A stretch of 64,000 nucleotides of DNA from a virus (lineage: Duplodnaviria > Caudoviricetes), in IMG/VR virus record IMGVR_UViG_3300044709_000184, positions 1 to 64,000 of that record; one strand, 5' to 3'. The position numbers were made by a program, and so were the translations under genes. The notes beneath the pieces are model-generated. The model was not told the origin of the DNA and did not search any database. It saw only the letters and a program-made list of their open reading frames with translations. This document shows positions 62,499 to 64,000 of the stretch, in pieces (position 1 is the first letter of the stretch; every line of letters starts with the position of its first letter).

Positions 62499-62771
62499 AT
62501 GCGAATGCTGCCTTCTCAAAGATCATCTCAGCCCGCCGCCCTCGACGCCGCACACCGGCGGATCATCGAGGTTCACGCCCGCAAGGTAGGGGCGGCCCTG
62601 CGCAAGCTGGAGCCGAAGGTGCGCGAGCTGGAGGAAGTGGTCCGGGATGCGGCCCGCACCGCCCCCGCCGGCGACATTTTGGCCGAGATCGAGGCGACCG
62701 GCTGGACGCTGGAAGACCTACCGCCGGCGATGGCCGCCTGGCTTGGCCTGGACTCGCTCGCGACGTCTTAA
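62499..62771 (+). CDS. Hypothetical protein
   Basis: TAGGGT -10 just upstream. Confidence 0.55.
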   Translation: MRMLPSQRSSQPAALDAAHRRIIEVHARKVGAALRKLEPKVRELEEVVRDAARTAPAGDILAEIEATGWTLEDLPPAMAAWLGLDSLATS

Positions 62772-63472
62772 GGCAACCGGATAACCGGCCAAGGCCAGTT
62801 AGCCCCCTTGCGGGTGTTGCACGGCGTGCAGGCCGGCCGCAGGTTGCACAGCATGTGGGCGCCGCCTCTGCTCAGGGGCTTCACGTGGTCGATGCAGTCG
62901 GCGGTGGCACCGCACATCCAGCAGCGGCCACCGTAGTAAGCCAGCCGCTGCAAGAGCTGGGCCGGGGTGAACGCGGCAACCGTGAGGCGTTGCTTACGCG
63001 CCTTGCGGGCCCGTACGTAGGACCGGTTGACCTCTGGGAACCGCCTCTTCCGTTCGCGTCGATACCCGCGCCGGGTCTCCGGGTTGCTGGCTTCCCACGC
63101 GTGACGGGCGGCAGCCATCAGCGCCGGGTTAGCGAGACGCCACTTTCGCCTCGCAAGACGACGGCGCTCCCGCGCCTCCTCTGTGAGATTCGCCGCGCGG
63201 CCTGCTGCTGCGACGTGCGCAGCATGGCAGGTCGGGCAGCGTTGAGGGAGATGACCTAGCGGCGTCCACCGCTGGTAGGACCAGCTGGCACCGCAGGCCG
63301 AGCACACCATCGCATAGACGCAGAGTTGGAAGGGCAGCGTCAACTGGATGGGATACCGGGTCCTCTTCCAGTGCCAGTAGTGGCGTTTGCACAGGCCGAG
63401 CGCTTCGTGCGGGTGCGGACACCGCTTCACCGAGCAGCCATGCTCTCGACGCACGCCCAACGTATGATTCAC
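62768..63472 (-). CDS. HNH endonuclease
   Basis: CWMCG...DHVKPLSRGGAH...N...AC..CN..K; start uncertain. Confidence 0.88.
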   Translation of the reverse strand: MNHTLGVRREHGCSVKRCPHPHEALGLCKRHYWHWKRTRYPIQLTLPFQLCVYAMVCSACGASWSYQRWTPLGHLPQRCPTCHAAHVAAAGRAANLTEEARERRRLARRKWRLANPALMAAARHAWEASNPETRRGYRRERKRRFPEVNRSYVRARKARKQRLTVAAFTPAQLLQRLAYYGGRCWMCGATADCIDHVKPLSRGGAHMLCNLRPACTPCNTRKGANWPWPVIRLP

Positions 63473-63554
63473 GCTTGCCCTGCCGTCCGCTGTAGTCGGA
63501 TCGATGGGGTTCTAGGGGCCGTCTGGCGGTTGCACGCCGGGCGGCCTCGCGTCG

Positions 63555-64000
63555 TCAGCCTAGCCCTGTGGTATGACCAAACTCGCCTAGCAGGGTGAGC
63601 ACCTGATCGGGTGTTCGCGCGGCCCGGTAACGCCGGTATAGGGCGAGGCCGTCATGGCTTCCGATGGCGCGGGTCAGCCGCTGCTGCGGCTGGTGCCACA
63701 GGTGCCACAGCGGATTGGACTCCCGCCATGGCGGGCCGGCGATCACAGTGAGGGCCTGTCCCCAGCTGGTGTCTTCCTGCCCGTAGCCGACAAAGCGGGG
63801 GTCGAGGGGTACCTGCCGGTACAGGTCGGCGGGCAGGATGACACAGCCGCCGCCCATCTCGCCGTGGTGGGTTTCGGCGATCAGCCTGATCGGTGACGGT
63901 GTGCTGCCGCGGGCCGGGTCACCCCGCGACGGCGGCGGCGGCGTTCCGGTGGCGATGAGCCGATCGGTACCGGCCTCAGTGAGCCGGTACACCCGTTTGT
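63555..64000 (-). CDS. Glycosyltransferase, C-terminal part (GT2/GT7C-like), truncated by window edge
   Basis: GGG.V...DPRFVGYGQED..W...LWHLWH. Confidence 0.8.
   Translation of the reverse strand, partial: KRVYRLTEAGTDRLIATGTPPPPSRGDPARGSTPSPIRLIAETHHGEMGGGCVILPADLYRQVPLDPRFVGYGQEDTSWGQALTVIAGPPWRESNPLWHLWHQPQQRLTRAIGSHDGLALYRRYRAARTPDQVLTLLGEFGHTTGLG

Larger units (their letters stand above)
1..64000. mobile_element. Part of a large actinobacterial siphophage/prophage or phage-plasmid
   Basis: Capsid, neck, tail, tape measure, lysin, RecT-like, DnaB and TraB-like genes; dense overlapping small ORFs; no ordinary host genes. Confidence 0.9.

Overview
The whole 64 kb is high-GC actinobacterial mobile DNA with no housekeeping host genes apart from a host-like DnaB; the DnaB and the small gene at 7246 point to Micromonosporaceae. 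It reads as part of a large temperate siphophage or phage-plasmid. Layout: (1-7.8 kb, +) plasmid/AICE-type transfer region with two FtsK/TraB-like ATPases; (8.4-14.4 kb, -) operon with a ~590-nt structured non-coding leader, two tRNA-shaped elements with broken anticodon arms and structured spacers between small ORFs; (15-23.2 kb, -) RecT-like, PD-(D/E)XK, VRR-NUC, HNH and plasmid-type genes; a 97-bp palindrome holding twin divergent promoters; (23.3-32.3 kb, +) DnaB, ASCH, DUF5131, DUF4031 and hypotheticals; (32.3-40.6 kb, -) tail tip and tape measure; a ~12.8 kb accessory block splitting the tail operon (HTH protein, Lsr2-like protein, amidase plus holin, GT2 polysaccharide synthase, LPxTG proteins, tyrosine recombinase); (53.4-61.6 kb, -) tail chaperones, neck, major tail, pentamer/hexamer-type capsid; then an HNH gene and a partial glycosyltransferase. 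Terminase, portal, repressor and replication initiator are not seen here. The best candidate for an undescribed system is the RNA-rich operon at 8.4-14.4 kb. Next best are a fixed-geometry leaderless late-promoter motif and the combination of TraB conjugation with virion genes. All family calls come from reading motifs by eye, with no database searches.
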